Assembly: GCF_009834535.1 (NCBI RefSeq)
Contig: NC_045696.1
Span: 99,202,001-99,266,000 of the forward strand
Length of the DNA: 64,000 bases
Source: Camelus ferus
Taxonomy: Eukaryota
Direction: 5' to 3'
The notes beneath the pieces are model-generated. The model was not told the origin of the DNA. It was given only the letters and a program-made list of their open reading frames with translations, and did not search any database. The translations under genes were made by a program, and so were the position numbers. This document shows positions 1 to 14,000 of the stretch, one piece after another (positions within the stretch are counted from its first letter, which is position 1; the number at the start of each line of letters is the position of its first letter).

Positions 1-219
1 TAGCAGCAACACCTATTCAATGACTCTTGAAAAGTTCTTGAGAAACATTAACGAAGTGTCTCAGTACTAGGACTCAGGAACATGAGGACAGACTCATGGT
101 AGACAGCGGGGAAAGAGACTACAAAGTCAAGGTATTGGGAAAAAGAAGAACAACTGGAAACATAATGGGTTAAAATGTAAATAGTGGAAGGTTGGTACTT
201 AAATAATGTTGCTTCAAAG

Positions 220-370
220 GCATAAGAGATTATGGATAAAATAATGTGGAATCGAGGTTTCCTTCAAAATAATGCAGGAGTGGGGAGTGGCCGAGGGTAT
301 AGAAGAAACATGTATACATGTCTCTTCATTTTTTTAAAATACATAAAAAGGAAAAAAATTTAAAAATAAG
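220..370 (+). mobile_element. Ancient L1 (L1ME-like) 3' end fragment
   Basis: ttccttcaaaataatgcaggagtggggagtgg...gggtatagaagaaaca resembles the L1ME 3' UTR; the same motif recurs at 9185-9370. Confidence 0.5.
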
Positions 371-409
371 TGAAAAATGGTGAGTGGGGATAAAAGAGAC
401 TCTTAATTA

Positions 410-538
410 AGGTGTCTCTAAAATTTACTGTCCAAACTGGAACATGTTGGGAATGAAAGGGAGCAGTGTGAACAATTATAACTGCTGCAGGCCGGAGCCA
501 GTGCTGTGAGGGCCTGGCTTGGATATACGGTCACTCTC
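410..538 (+). mobile_element. MER94-like hAT MITE
   Basis: aatttactgtccaaactggaacatgttgggaatgaaagggagc...tacggtcactct resembles the MER94 consensus, with degenerate terminal inverted repeats. Confidence 0.55.
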
Positions 539-712
539 TTTTAACCAGCAGGTTTCAAATATCAGGCTAATGGGATTTAAGATTTGTTACAAAAACAGGA
601 AACAGAGAGAACAACTTGTAATTGAGAACTTTTAGATCATTAGCAACCAGTTGTTTTTAAGTCTCTGTAAAGAACCAGTCCCAAATCCTGGCCATAACCA
701 CTGGTCCATCTG

Positions 713-1060
713 GATCAGAAGTCACAAACTGGTGGCCTGGGGCTGGGTCCAGCCTGCAGATGTGTTTGCCTTGGCCTGCAATGTATTGGGTTACAGAGTG
801 CTTTTCTTAAAACTTCGAGTTTGTTGCCAACATTTCCAAGCTGAAAGATGTCATGTTAAAATCCAGATTTCTAGCTGCTCTTGAAACACTTGAGGAGTGT
901 TCAGACCAGGCAGACATTCTCACGTGTCAACAGCTGACTGGAGCAGAACATTCTCTCTAATCCATCCCAGTCCTCATCTCTCTTCAGCGATTTCCAATAC
1001 TGGGCGGTTTTGCTTGGTTCCTTCTTTAACTCCTACAGATTCTTGACTTTTCAACCTTCA
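713..1060 (+). mobile_element. MER102-like hAT-Charlie DNA transposon relic
   Basis: cagaagtcacaaactggtggcctggggctgggtccagcctgcagatgtgtttg and aaaatccagatttctagctgctcttgaaa match MER102 landmarks as recalled. Confidence 0.6.
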
Positions 1061-2269
1061 CACTAGATCACGCTCCCAACATCAGAACAACGAAAGCAAG
1101 GCTGGCTGCAGACACTGTCACTTAATAAGCAATTGACAACAGAAATCAACCATTGCAGACAATAAATCTGGAAATTTCTGAAGATTTGTAGGGAATATAG
1201 TGTGACTACTCTTTAGCCAAAAAAAAAAAAAAAAAAAAAGCTAATAGTATTCAGAAAAATCCTTTTTAATTTTTCCATATTTGATCACCTCATATTTCCC
1301 AAGTAGGATAGCCTGAAGTATATGAGTACAGTTCCCAGAAATTCTCTTACTAAAAAATACAACAGCCAGTCTTACAGCCCACTGGCAAAATGCACAGTGA
1401 AAGGCCCAGCCCAGTGACTACTGCCCACCCTGCTTCTTTCAACAAGCCGGGAACATCATTGGGTGTGAGATTGTTAGCAAATCTTCATTAATTACAAGCC
1501 TCACAAACAGCTGTGCAATGTGGGAGGTTGGGCAGAGACAGCTCTTGTCTTCATAAGAGAGAGTTTGGAACTAAAATGTGTTTCTAGCTAGAAAGCATTC
1601 CAAAATAGGATGAGCTGTTTTGAGAGTAGAAAGAATAACATCAGAAAGCAAGGATCTTCATTCCAGAGGTTCGTACCCAAACAACAACCAGAAAAGGAAA
1701 TTTCACTCTTTAGCACAAAGGAAATAGCAAGCTATAGTTGGTTTTATAAACAAATTATGGAAATTTCCATGTTTTGAAAAAAATATACACTGGCAAAAGT
1801 ATCTATGGCCTGAAAAGGTCTCTTTTATGTGGCAGAGAGAACTGTGTTTGCCTGTTTAGTGTTGGTCTGAATCCAAGGAAGAGAGTTATCAAAGACCAGT
1901 TTAGGGGACTTTATTTCTTACAGGTTTCCATTATGAAATCCCCACTACAGCCAGGCTTTTGTCCCCAAATAGACTATTCGAAATACTTTGACCTCTCCTA
2001 CTGTCTCTGGATTTCCAGAACATTTCATCTGAATTAATGTTTTAGGGTAGGATGATTGACATTCTTGCTACTAACACAGAGAGTTGGGGCCTGTTTAGAG
2101 AACCACCTTAAACATTTTGTAGTCATTCATATAACTGAAAACTATGCAATGATTAAGAGAAATTAGATAGGGCTATAAAGAGTAGTATGAATTCCTAGCA
2201 CATGTTGCTCTGGGAAAAAATTGCAGACTATATAAAAGTTACCACTGTATTCATCCTATATATTCATTG

Positions 2270-3560
2270 TCTGGAATTCCTTTCTTCCTATTGTCTCCTT
2301 CAAACCCACTCCAAAGAGATCTTTATCTCTACCACCACACCCCCCTTATTGTTCATGTCAAATAGCCTCTATGGTACTGAACTGAATGATCACTTCACTT
2401 ATCTGACTTGGCATATAATCAATATTTGGCACAGTTGATCATTCCTTCCTTCTTTAAACACTCCCCTCACTTGGCTTCCTAACACCACCCTCCCCTGGAT
2501 TTCCTCCTTTCTCGATCACTGCTTCTCAGTCTCCTTTGCTAATTCTTGCATATCTCTATGTCTCCCAAACATTGCAGTGCCCAGGATGGGTCTTAAACCT
2601 CTCCTTTTCTATCTTTAAAATCATTTGTTGGTGGGCTCATTCAGCCTCAAGGCTTTAAATACTGCCACTATGCCAGTGACTCAAATCCAACTGCCTGCTC
2701 AACCACTCCACACAAATGTCTAAAGGCATTTTAATTTAATGTTCCCCAAACCGAGTTCCTGATTTTCCCACAAACACACACACGTACTGAAAACCTTCCC
2801 TGTCCACAGTCTTAGGCATCTCAGCTCATGAAAATGCCATTCCAATTACTCAAGTTCATAAACTTGTGTCAACCCTGACTTCTCTCTTTTTCTCACATGG
2901 ACATCTAACCCAGAATAAACCTCTGTTGGCTCTACCTTCAGAGTCAATGCAGAATCGTTTTCTGCTACTTCTTTGTGGAAGTCAGTATGAGCTCCCACCT
3001 GAATCATAGCGACGGCCTCCTGACGTCCCACTGCTGCAAGCCTCCTTCAGTCTAGTCTCAACACAGAAACCACAGTGACCCGCTTAAAATATGTCACATC
3101 AAGTTCCTTTGCTCAAAAACTTGCAGTGTCTTCTATCACAGAGAATAAAAGCCAGAGGCCTCAAACTTGTTAGCCTGACCCATCTGTCATCCCTCTCCTG
3201 CCTCCACCCAGCAGCCAAGCTCTCCGGCTCCCTCCCCTTGTTCATTCTGTCCCAGACTCACAGAAATTCTTGTCCTGTGAACACGCGGGTCCCTTGCTGT
3301 CCCCTCTGCTTAGAATGCCCTTTCTCTAGACTACCTCTTACAAATCTCAAGTGTCACCTTCAACTAGAGCTCTACTCTGACCACTCTGTTTGTTTCCTAT
3401 TTATACTCAAGATTTATTTGTCTGCTCAGCATTACCTTTCCAAGTACCACATATTACTCTTACTTACTTAGCTTTATCTCTGTCTGCATCCTCTAAAAGG
3501 TAAGCTCCATGAGGGCAAGGATTTTTTTTCATTTTACTTGATGCTAAATCCCCAGTGCAT
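2270..3560 (+). mobile_element. LINE-2 (L2) fragment, ~1.3 kb
   Basis: Typical L2 landmarks: tttggcacagttgatcattccttcctt, ggctttaaatac, taagctccatgagggcaaggattt...tccccagtgc. Confidence 0.85.
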
Positions 3561-3799
3561 TCGATTAATGGGTGTTAAAGAGAGAAATTAATTTAGATAA
3601 AATTATGTGTTTTCTAGAACATGTGTGTGTATCTCCAAACCCAGTTTAGCTCTAGGGAGAGCAGCGAGTAGGGAGGTGGTGAATGGCTGGTGTGGGTGGA
3701 AAGTCTATCAATATGGTATTTATCCTTATAAGAATTGTTTCAAGTTTTTAAATGTGATACAGTCACTAATTGTGTTTTATGTACGGGGGAATTGATCAT

Positions 3800-4297
3800 T
3801 TGTCAATAATGGCCTAATTCGTCACAGGTACTCACTATGTAGCCCCTCTCTGCTGTTCTCCTCCTCCAGCCACAGCCGGTTGGACCAGAGTATGTTTCTC
3901 ATTCAAGCTGGGGGACATCAGATCACCTCCTCCAGGAATGTGGAATAGGCTCATTGTGAGACTAAGTCAGTCAGAGAACTGTGAGGGCTGGAACTATCAG
4001 CCATGTAGAACTTCAGACCATTATCAACCAACACCATAGGTAAAGGGAGTTTTTGGAGAGACAAAAAACAACAACTATAAGTAAGGAAAGAAAGCTTATG
4101 AGGGGGAGGAACCAGAGAAGAGATGGAGCAGATGTAAAGACAGATGCATGTGGCCTCCTACTGCTCAGTGTTATCCACAGGTGGGATGTACTCTCTTTTT
4201 CCCATCATCCTCTTTCCTATCAGAAAATACACTTTAACATGAACTGCCTTACGTAGAATTGCATTTCCTGCCATGTTAGACTCTCAACTAAAATATC
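3800..4297 (+). mobile_element. Ancient ERVL LTR (LTR16-like), degenerate
   Basis: ggttggaccagag...caagctggggg acatcagatc...ccaggaatgtggaat resembles LTR16; boundaries uncertain. Confidence 0.45.
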
Positions 4298-4849
4298 CAA
4301 TGTTTCTCCCGTTCTATAAGGCAATATTCCAACAGTAAAAAAAATTTACCAATAAAATGGTCTCAGTGCTGAATCCACTGCTTTCAGTTTAAAAAAAGTG
4401 TAAGAAGGCTAAAACCAAAGCTGATTGTTGACTTCGCAGCATTGTGTATATCCATGCTAATTTGCATACCCTCATTATTTAATTTTGTTTCACTATTAAA
4501 GCTACTCTTTAACATTTATTCAGCAAAAGCTCCTTAATTCTGCCATACATTCCCATTAATTAAAATGGCTGCTTTCAGCCTAAATACCCAAAACCCTTGG
4601 TAGGCAGAGTTGTATATAATTTGCTACTATTAGTAAAGTACCTAAATGTACAAATTATTTTCCTTTTTTATAAACTCAAACAGCTGTAATTCCTTGCATG
4701 CCGATGTGCATCCATCAGTGGAATAGAAAGTGCTGGGGTTACAGGTAAGTCCACAGGAGTCACACATCATCCCCAGCCCATACCAACCCATCATTTGAAA
4801 TATCCAAAGGGAGCGTGTGGTACAAGCGTGAACTTCATATTACCACCAT

Positions 4850-5555
4850 CCTATTACACAAGTCCCTTACTCAGAAAGGCATTCTCTGGCCCCACCAAAA
4901 ATGTTGCTATCCCGTTATTCCTTCTCACCTAGTATTAATTCATTTATTATCATCTGATGCTTTTCTTGTTTTGTTTTTGTTTTTGTTTTTGTTTTGTCCT
5001 TCTTTCCCACTAGAACATAGTCTGTGAGAGCTGGAACCCAAAATGTCTGTTCTGCTCCTCATCACTCCCCTAGTACTTCCGAGTATTTTGCACCTGGCAC
5101 GAAACAGGCACTGAGCAAATCCACATGGAGTGGATAAATGGATGGTTTAATGAGCACACCAGTCTAGTTCCTGCCCCAGGGTCTCTACATTTTCTTTCCT
5201 TGGCCAGAATCCCTTACCCCTATTCCTCTCAAGGCTAATTCCTGCATATCACTTGGGTCTCAGCTCAAATGCTGACTCCTCAGAAAGACCACTAATTAGG
5301 CAAAGCCTCCCCACCCTGCAAGGCCTTCTCTAAGCCATCCCCCTAGTTTGGTTTAACTCAGCACTTAAGACTAGCGGAGGTTCCCTTTTATATGTGTTCT
5401 CTCCATGTTTATTATTGTCACCTGACCCTCTACTGGAATGTAATCTCCACGAGGAACTTTGACTTGTTTATCACTGTGTCTCCAGAACCTAGAAGATGGC
5501 TCAGCACTTTGGAGGCATTCGATCAATAAACATTTGTTAAATGAGTGAATGAAAG
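4850..5555 (+). mobile_element. Two tandem L2 3' end fragments
   Basis: cacctggcacgaaacaggcactgagcaaat...ggataaatggatgg, then tgtaatctccacgagg...tcactgtgtctccagaacctagaa...caataaaacatttgttaaatgagtgaatgaa. Confidence 0.75.
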
Positions 5556-6269
5556 GTTGAAAATTGCAGTTTTAAAATATATGCCCACACATGGTATCAC
5601 TATTCTTCAAACTAAATTGCCATACAAGTAATTTTTTAACAATTAAAACTTCACACAGAATATAGATCAAAAGATTGCCAAGGTATGTTTCCAGATGTAT
5701 TTAGAATCCTGGTGGGGTACAAGCAGCATATGATCAGTAGCTGGTTCAAGTCTGACAAGCCTCTCTCAACTAGTTTCCAAAAGAAAATCTTTTCATCCTT
5801 CCTCATGTAGATTGGCAGCTGAAACTGCAAAGGAAATTTTGCTACAATGAAACCACAACTATTCAAACTGGCAAATGTGTGCCACCATCCAATGTATAGG
5901 TATAGCCAAACACACAATTCCTAAAGGAGGAAGATTTCCGATTCCAAAAATCACCTTCCCATGCCTACAGCCCCGAACAGAATTAAGTCCCACTTCATGA
6001 CAGTTTCTGATCTAAAGGTGGCGGGTCCTCCTCTGAGCCAGAAAATCTCCATTACAACCACCCCAAGTCATCAGTTACTGAATTGGTCCATAGGAGGCAG
6101 ACCAAAACTGTCAAATGTGGAAACATTCGCCACATAAGACAACTCCAACTGCCCTGCAATCCTCCCCCTACAACCATTGCCAACCAATCTATGGACACCC
6201 ATGAGAGCTCCTCTACACTCGTCACCTTTCAGGAATCTTTGAGTCAATGCATTATGACAGTCAGGTAGA

Positions 6270-6375
6270 CAACACTTACTTATTGAACACATATTACATA
6301 GCTGACAGTTTGTGTAGTAGAAACACATCAGTAAATAAGACATAAAAACACCCTCATGAAGCTTACATTCTAACT
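6270..6375 (-). mobile_element. L2 3' end fragment
   Basis: acttattgaacacatatta...cagtaaataagaca...ccctcatgaagcttacattcta is the reverse complement of the L2 tail. Confidence 0.6.
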
Positions 6376-7084
6376 ACTTCACATTCACTTTAAAAATAGA
6401 TAAACATAGATATGATGAATAGGAGGCATTTGCTAGAGATGAACACATAAAGTCAGGGATACAGCAACAGATACAATGGTTGGTACCTCAACACATGGTT
6501 CTCCAGTTTCTCCCAGGGCACTCAGGTTTGTATCACTAAAGAGTGTATTTGGGAGAGGAATCAGATATGCTTCCCAACTGTTTTCCTGTAACATTCTGTG
6601 TACGTGTTATCCTCAGGATGGGCCTCCCTTGAGTGGAAAATACATTATTCATTTCCTTTGTCCTATGTTCAGGGAGCAAATTGTACACAGTGCCCCCAAG
6701 TAGACCATGAATTCACTGAGTGTTTGGTAAGTAATACAGCGCACTTATAAGGTGCCTTTAAACTTTTAAAATGCATTTTCATGCACATTGTTATTATTAA
6801 CATCCTGCACTTATTCTTACTCTAATGCTAGGTTAAGAAGATGAGGAATTGCAGGAAGGGAACTGGTGGAAACACACGAAGTATGTTTGAGATGAGCAGC
6901 CTTGCTGTCTAAGAATAAGCCCATGGTTGTTGGTGTGGCTGTTTTTCTGAATCTCTGCTAAAGTCCAGACTCTAGGAAGTGCACGAATCAGGAAATTTAA
7001 AATCACAGCAACAGAAGCAGGAGAAAGAAAAGAAAACTTGGACTCAGAGGAAAGCTCAAATCCAATGGCAAAGTCTAAAGCTTT

Positions 7085-7250
7085 AGTTAGTGATTTTTTA
7101 AACTTCATTTAGATACAATGCACATTCCTGATCAACACCCAACGCCAGATGTTCTGATTCATTAGACCTGGAGTAAAGGCCAGCAACATGAATTTTTACA
7201 AACATTCCCCTAGATGATTCTGACCCAGGTTCTCTGGGTCACACTGGCCT
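7085..7250. mobile_element. MER5-like hAT-Charlie MITE
   Basis: ttctgattcattagacctggagtaaaggccagcaacatgaatttttacaaacattcccctagatgattctga resembles the MER5A/B core. Confidence 0.6.
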
Positions 7251-7846
7251 AAAGAGAGCTTACCTGACTGCAAAAGTTGGACCATGGAAGGTCAGTCAGT
7301 TCAATGCATGGCTTCCAAAGCTTGGCATGTTCAGACATGGTTTGGTATCAGAGCTCTGTTACAACAGGCATAGCAGGGTGACAAGAAAAGCCACCATTTC
7401 TGAGAGCTGTCAGAACAACCACTGCTACTGGAGATGCATGGACTAGGATCTAGCCCCAGGAGGGAAAGGACTAAAATGCTTCTAATGTTCCAATCCCACG
7501 GTAAGGTCTAGGGCTGTTTTGTACCCTAGGGAATAGCCGGGTCCCAGGCAGGGAAATCTGGCATAGCCAGCACAGGACGAAAACTTTGGCAGAATCCCAG
7601 TCTATGGGAAGGACAGGTTGGGGGGAAGGGAAGTTGGCCACTTTGAAGGGTATTACTGGAATTCCTAATACTCCAGGTGGGGAAGGGTGACATCTCAAAA
7701 TAGAGGCCTACTATGAAAACCCAAACCTGAAAATCATGATTCAATTCCAGGTTCCACGATGAATTACAGCTGAGGACGCTGATAATGTTTTCTAACTCCA
7801 AAAGGAATGGCCCAGAAATGAAGTCTGAAGGGCAGATGTGTTACAG

Positions 7847-7880
<34 letters not shown>

Positions 7881-8389
7881 GAGTTAACCCTGAACTTCAA
7901 GAGTTCACACCTCCCACCAGACAAGTGGAGGTCCCAGGGTCAGGCTCTAGCAATAATCTCACTTCAAAATCCATAGCTATGGTTATCTTCCTCACATACC
8001 AAGAGAGAGTCTATCATCAGCAATGCACAAAACAACTACAAGCAGAAAGTAACAACCAGATCTTCCCATAGATGTCAAAACAATTAGATGGTAAACATTC
8101 AAGTAACTGCAAGTTTTGATCACTGAGCAATGTTTTTGCTTACAAGGAACTGGTATCCAACATTTAGGGGTATCTGGAAAAATGGAGTATTTTTATACAT
8201 GTGAAAACCAAAATTGAAAGAGGTTCATTGCCTTTTCCAAGTAAAATCATAGGTAGTCCAAGATAAAGGAAATCAACTTCCACCTTTTTAATTTTAAATT
8301 CCAAACATTTTCATTCTAACTTTTGACTTCTCTGCTGATAAATGAATGGATAGATAAGACATTTTAGTGGGATTTTTTCCTGTCTTTTT

Positions 8390-8630
8390 TTATTACTATT
8401 TTATTAAGAAAAAAAATTAAATATTTTTACAGAAGTAGCGAGATATTATCATGAACCCCCAAGTACCCATCACCCAGCAATACAAGTCCTGGTTCTTCTT
8501 ACATTCACTCACCACCCCCAACCCAAGATCATTTGAAGCAAATTCCAGACATCATATTATTTCATCCATAAATAGTTTGGCATCAATCTCTAAAGACAGT
8601 GTTCTCTTTTTAAAAATTAACCACAATATA
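8390..8630 (-). mobile_element. Ancient L1 (L1MC-like) 3' fragment
   Basis: atgaacccccaagtacccatcacccagc and tttgaagcaaattccagacatcatattatttcatccataaata are L1MC4/5-type antisense landmarks. Confidence 0.65.
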
Positions 8631-9184
8631 TGGTTTCATATAACTGAATGAGATAAGAAAATATTACACTTAAATTATAGTGCATGAATTCATATTTATT
8701 ATTGTATCAATAATTGGGGGATTGCCTTAGGTAGTATGAAGTTGAAATCCAATGCATATTAAGTGATATTTTTTCAAGTACAATAGTTTCTCTCTACCAG
8801 TACAAGTTCATATTATTTTTATAAAAGGAATTTGTAGTCATCACATTTCCCCAAACTCAGAAACTTTTCAACCTTTTCAATGAATTATTCTGATTTCACT
8901 ATGACTACTAGACTCTGGGAATTGTGAGATTTCCCACTTGAAGGTTCCATCTTCATTGATTAGGATGGTGATCAACTGAATTATTCTTTTCCTTTCGAGA
9001 ACTACAGAGCTCCTTGATTTCAGTGGCTCAAAAAGTCTCTGGCATTGGAAGCAAAACTGTTAAAAGGACCAAGAACAGCAACCCAAAAGCTCAAACCAGG
9101 CAGTGTTTCAGAAAAACACACTAGTTGCCTTGAAAAAGCCACTCTGCTTTGTAGCAAACATTAGCTGTTATTAGTTAAATAATA

Positions 9185-9370
9185 AATATTTACATATTCA
9201 GTAATATGGTGTCTTGGATGTGCTGCAAAATAATCCTGGGGGAGAATAGTGGATCAAAGTATAGACGAAATGAAATTGGTTATGAGTTGATAACTGTTGA
9301 CGTTGGGTGATGGGGTTTTATTACATTATTCTCTCTACTTTTGTATATGTTAGAAATTGTTCAGATTGAA
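9185..9370 (+). mobile_element. Ancient L1 (L1ME-like) 3' end
   Basis: gagttgataactgttgacgttgggtgatgg...attattctctctacttttgtatatgttagaaatt. Confidence 0.7.
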
Positions 9371-11377
9371 AGCTTTAATTTACAAAGAGGACGGGAATCA
9401 CATGAAAATGACAAAGTCCTCAAACACACTCTGCAGCCCCTCCTGCCTGAAACTACTCACCCAAACAGCCAGCAAGTACAAATCAGACTGGTCTGGGTTG
9501 TGCCACTTTCCAACTGACCCAAAGAATGGCAACAAAGGAGGAAAAAGAGGAATCTGAATAATATAGAAACTGACTGGTTATTTCTACTTCTTTGATTAGT
9601 TACAGGTTAGTCCTACCTAGAGTTTCTAAAACACTCGAACATAACCTATTTCAGGGAACGTGAATTAGTCCTTGGTTTTGTGGGGTGACACTATCAAGAA
9701 TTACAAGGACATAAAATTTCCTTGGAAAATACAACCAGAGAATCAAGTCAGCCTCTGGGAAAGGAAAAACATGGCTTAACAGCTTAACATTTCAGGATCA
9801 AAAATTTATGAAAAATTAGTCAGTATGCTGAAATTTTTATAGTAAATATTATTTAAAACTGAATAAAAATGAACAAATGAACCATCATAAAAACAAGAAA
9901 AAGGTGTATTTGTTAGTGGCAAGGGAATCTGTATTTACATCAAACAAATAAGAGAAGAGAGAGAAATCCTGCCCAATTCTGCACAGTGTAAATGTCCTGG
10001 TGACCAATCCATGTCCTCTTTTCCAGTATTTGCCTGGAGTTGTCAGAACTTCGTCTCTGTTTGGTCTGACCCTCCTTCGCCATAAAAATGGACACCCCGG
10101 TAGCTGAAAAGCTCTGACCAGCCCTAAGGCCCAGCATTCACAGACCTTAAGCCCATCTTTGGGAGGCCAGGCTAGCTGGCTACAGTTGGGCACTCGGACA
10201 AAACTGCCCCCAAAAGACAAAGGCCTGGAGGGGATTCAGGCAGCAGGCTCACACAACCACTGCCACCACCCCCAGAAAGGTCTTTTGCAAATTTCACATT
10301 GCCGTAGGTTCCAGATCCATCCGGGGACAGGAGAAGAGAGGAGGGAGGAGGTCAGGGGAAGGGAACGGAGGGAAGGAGAGTCTGAAGGAAAGAGAAGGAA
10401 AAGTTTGTGATGTGATACTTTGTTCTGATTTTGTAAATCAGCAAGAGACCTCCGGTACCTCTTAAAGAGAATCAAAAAGTCAAACACGCCCCACTTAAAT
10501 TTAGTTCACACCTCTCTTGTGATAAATACCATATTTTACCTTACAGTTTGCTTAACTGTATGTATCTCTCCTATTATATTCCTGGAGGGAAGAAAGCATT
10601 TGGGATTTTTTTTTTAAATGCCAGCGTCTCAATAACAACGATCGTACTTGTCTTTAATGTTTGTTGGTTTAATTAATTAATCAATCAATTGGTCCAGTCA
10701 AGTGCAATCAGCTGATAGGTAAGTCACAAGCAACAGCTGCAGAACCTGTAGATCGACTAGTATACTCAACACATTTAGCTCCTCACACTGGTCCAGCCAG
10801 GACAGTATGCAGGAGAATCATGTCGTCCTCTCATTTTTGTTATTTTACATAGTGGGATTTGTAAATTCAGGGAATTAATACATACAGTAAACATATTTTA
10901 CATCTATTTGCATATGACCAGAACTTAAAGTTCACACTTCCCAAATGCATGCCTTGAAACAATTGAATTTAATAGTATTTCCATCTCCTAAGTAGCCTCT
11001 GCCCCAGGTTTAAGAAAATGTTCTTTGTAATTCACATAAACAAAACATTAGGAAAGTATTTGATTTCCTTTTCAAACTAAGAAAGAGAGAAAGATGGGTT
11101 ATCTGTCTTTCTCAACCCCTGTTTCACAGAAAGCATATGGCTAAAACAGGACTCTCACCAAAGAAAAACCTTAATGATGAGGTTTGACAATAGGAATTGC
11201 TAGTCAATTGCATTTATATCCAAATCAGTTAAACACATTTCCCTGATTTAATGTTTTCACAAATGAAATTCTACCTTTAAATTTTTTTATTTAATTTCAA
11301 TCCATGAGTAAAAGTAAGGAAGATCACTGCTTTGAGAACTATATAAAAAGGTAGTGAGCATCTTGTCTAGGGCATTG

Positions 11378-11445
11378 ATTTCACAAGTGAAAAAGCTAAG
11401 AGCCAAAGATGTCAACTGACTTGACCAGGTCAGCACGTGAAATCA
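11378..11445 (-). mobile_element. MIR core fragment (degenerate)
   Basis: ttcacaagtgaaaaagctaagagccaaagatgtcaactgacttgaccaggtca resembles the MIR core, antisense. Confidence 0.45.
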
Positions 11446-13507
11446 TGACTACAGTACCAAAATCACATAACCCCATAGAATATCCTGTAAATTGTACAAA
11501 TTACTTATTTGAAGATACACACACACATACACAAAATGACCTTGAAATTTGGAACTTCAACTGTTGCCTTAAATCTGTAAATATTTATTGATTCAGGAAC
11601 TATACTATTAGCTGACTTCTTAATCTAATATTCTGGAGTTTTTCTCAGCCAGAGTGTTATATACATAGTCTGGAAAGTATCTTAGATCCATAAATTTCAA
11701 CCTACTGTACCAAAAACAGCAGAGTTCTCTGAAAAGATTTATATTATATAAAAGTAGTAGTACGTAAAAAAGAAACACAGCACTGAAGCTGTTAAATGCT
11801 GATTAACTGTTGTCCCCAACTCCAAATTTTTTTTAGTCCAGTTAACACACATTTTTGGAATTTTTAATAAAAGTCTAGGTATTACAAGTCATAAAAACAG
11901 ATAATAATAACTGAAAAATGTTGGACCCTGGACTATTTATTTTTATTAACCCTGAGGTTCCTTTTTATTTTCCTTTTTGTGTGCAGGTATCCCTTTTCTA
12001 ATACTTTTAACCCACAATTTCTGGAATTTTTATTGGTGCATGTTTGTGAAATTTTGCACATTTATTAACATGGCCTTTTAAGTTTTTTAAAATTCTCCTA
12101 AAAATTTTAATACTACAGATATATTTATTCTTTCTTAACAATTAGCTCCATTTTTCCTCATATCTTACAAAATAGTTATCGGACACTTCTGGGGAATCAG
12201 TATCTATGTGTTACATGTTTACCATGTAATTATTGGTTAAAAATAAATCACTGATTTCAGAATAAAATGGTCACCATCACAGTTCTGAATCAAAAGCTGT
12301 CTATAGGGCTGTAAAAGTTTCACAAGAAAAATTAAAGTTCAGTCGATTCTTTTTCTGTCTGTGAGAATTCTAAACAAATTATCTGCCATTTGAAGGACTT
12401 TTCAGGATATTTCTACCTCCTGTAGATGTAACTAGAGAGGCTTTGTATTCTGACTATCTGGGTACTATCAGATACATTCTACCTTCATAAGTATGAAGAT
12501 AATTTTGTACTTGTGAGAGTTGCCATTTACTGACTATATGCAGTGATACATGGAGTTTTATTTTTATATACAGAATCTTACAGATGGCTAATTCAACTAG
12601 CCAATATCAAGGAAATTATTTATGACAACTAAGGTAATATTTAAGACGTTTGAACTTGTGGATTATTGTTTCCACTTACATAAAAATTGTCTTAATTTGG
12701 GCTTTTAGTTTAATTCTAATTTCACTTTATTCTTTTTTTCAGAAAATCACTTCACCATCACCTGTGGAACTCCATCATATATGACATTTTTTTTCTTCCT
12801 TTTTGCAGAGAAGAGCCCAAAAGAGAATTATCCTCTCAATGACCTTGCTGTGCCCTGTGTTTATTCGGCAGTGATCCTCAGAGAAAGGATTTTTGAAAAT
12901 GTTTTAGAGCCAGAACCAAAAACTGATTTTGTGATTTTGAAAACGTTACTGCTGCTTAAAATTCTAATTTGAGTTAGATATTATACGTATAATTCATTTT
13001 AAAACAAGAGAAAAAAGGAAAGCTGCTTTTGATGTTACAAATGAAAGGTTTCTTTCCTGAGACGGAATTGCACTGTTCATTTATCTTAGCGTATCGGTGT
13101 ACGTTGGGTTTCCTCCCCACACTTTTTACTCAACAACAACAATAATAATATCAGATCTCAGGCTAAGGATCTAACCAAACGGGAAGAGTGATAGGAGCAT
13201 CCCAGATCCAGCTTTATGAAGCAATGCCCACCCCCCACTCCACCCTCTCGGGTGCTGGAGATGATTAATCTCCTCACGCTTGAATCTACAGGGAAGTTGT
13301 AGCGATGCCAGTCTCATAGGAATATTGGCGCTTCAACCGAGAATCTCCCAAACCAGGTACAAAGGGAGGAGCCCATACCTACAAAAGGGTGCACCTAGGG
13401 GGCAGACCTGGACGCTGGAGGGTGCGAAGTTAATAATTATGCTTTGAGAAACCGAATTGCTATTTCTCATTCTATTTCTTCTCTTCTTTCCCGGCTCCCC
13501 ACTCCAA

Positions 13508-13508
13508 A

Positions 13509-13538
<30 letters not shown>
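13508..13538. repeat. (TA)n microsatellite
   Basis: atatatacatatatatatatatatatata. Confidence 0.9.
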
Positions 13539-13539
<1 letters not shown>

Positions 13540-13599
13540 AATCTCAAAATCAGCTCCTGCCTGAAAAGCTTGCGCTTTCTTCCTCACACTTCGTGCCTG

Positions 13600-14000
13600 A
13601 TAATTAATGGTGCCCGCGCCGGGCACCCTGTGGCCGGGGCTGAGGTTCGGGCCACCGAGAGCCCCTGACGTCAGCGACAGCGCTGCCTGCGTCAGGTCCA
13701 GAGCAGCCCCCGGAGGGCCTGGCCCCAGGCGGCGGCGGCTCCGAGGAGGGAGCCCGGGACAGGGCCGGAGGGAAGCCCAGCAAGGGCGAAAGGGGCTGCC
13801 CCCACACCCTCCTAGAAAGCCCTGTCGCAGTCAGAACCGCAGTGTCCGCCAGCAGTCAGACTGGCGACCGCGGGCGGAGGCCCGAACCTGCGTGTAGGCT
13901 CCGGGGTTCGACGAGGGTGGGCGGCCTAGACAGGAGCGCCCGCCCGAAGAAACTCAGGGCAAGTTGGCCAGCGGGGGCCGCTTCCTTCCTTCCACGCTCT
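13600..14000. promoter_or_regulatory. Orphan CpG island downstream of ZIC1
   Basis: CpG-rich; full CRE TGACGTCA at 13666-13673. Confidence 0.6.

Noticed and set aside
7847..7873. Long poly(A) tracts (also ~1220 and ~54559) as retroposon tails
   Set aside because: No recognisable SINE or retrogene body, and no target-site duplication seen.
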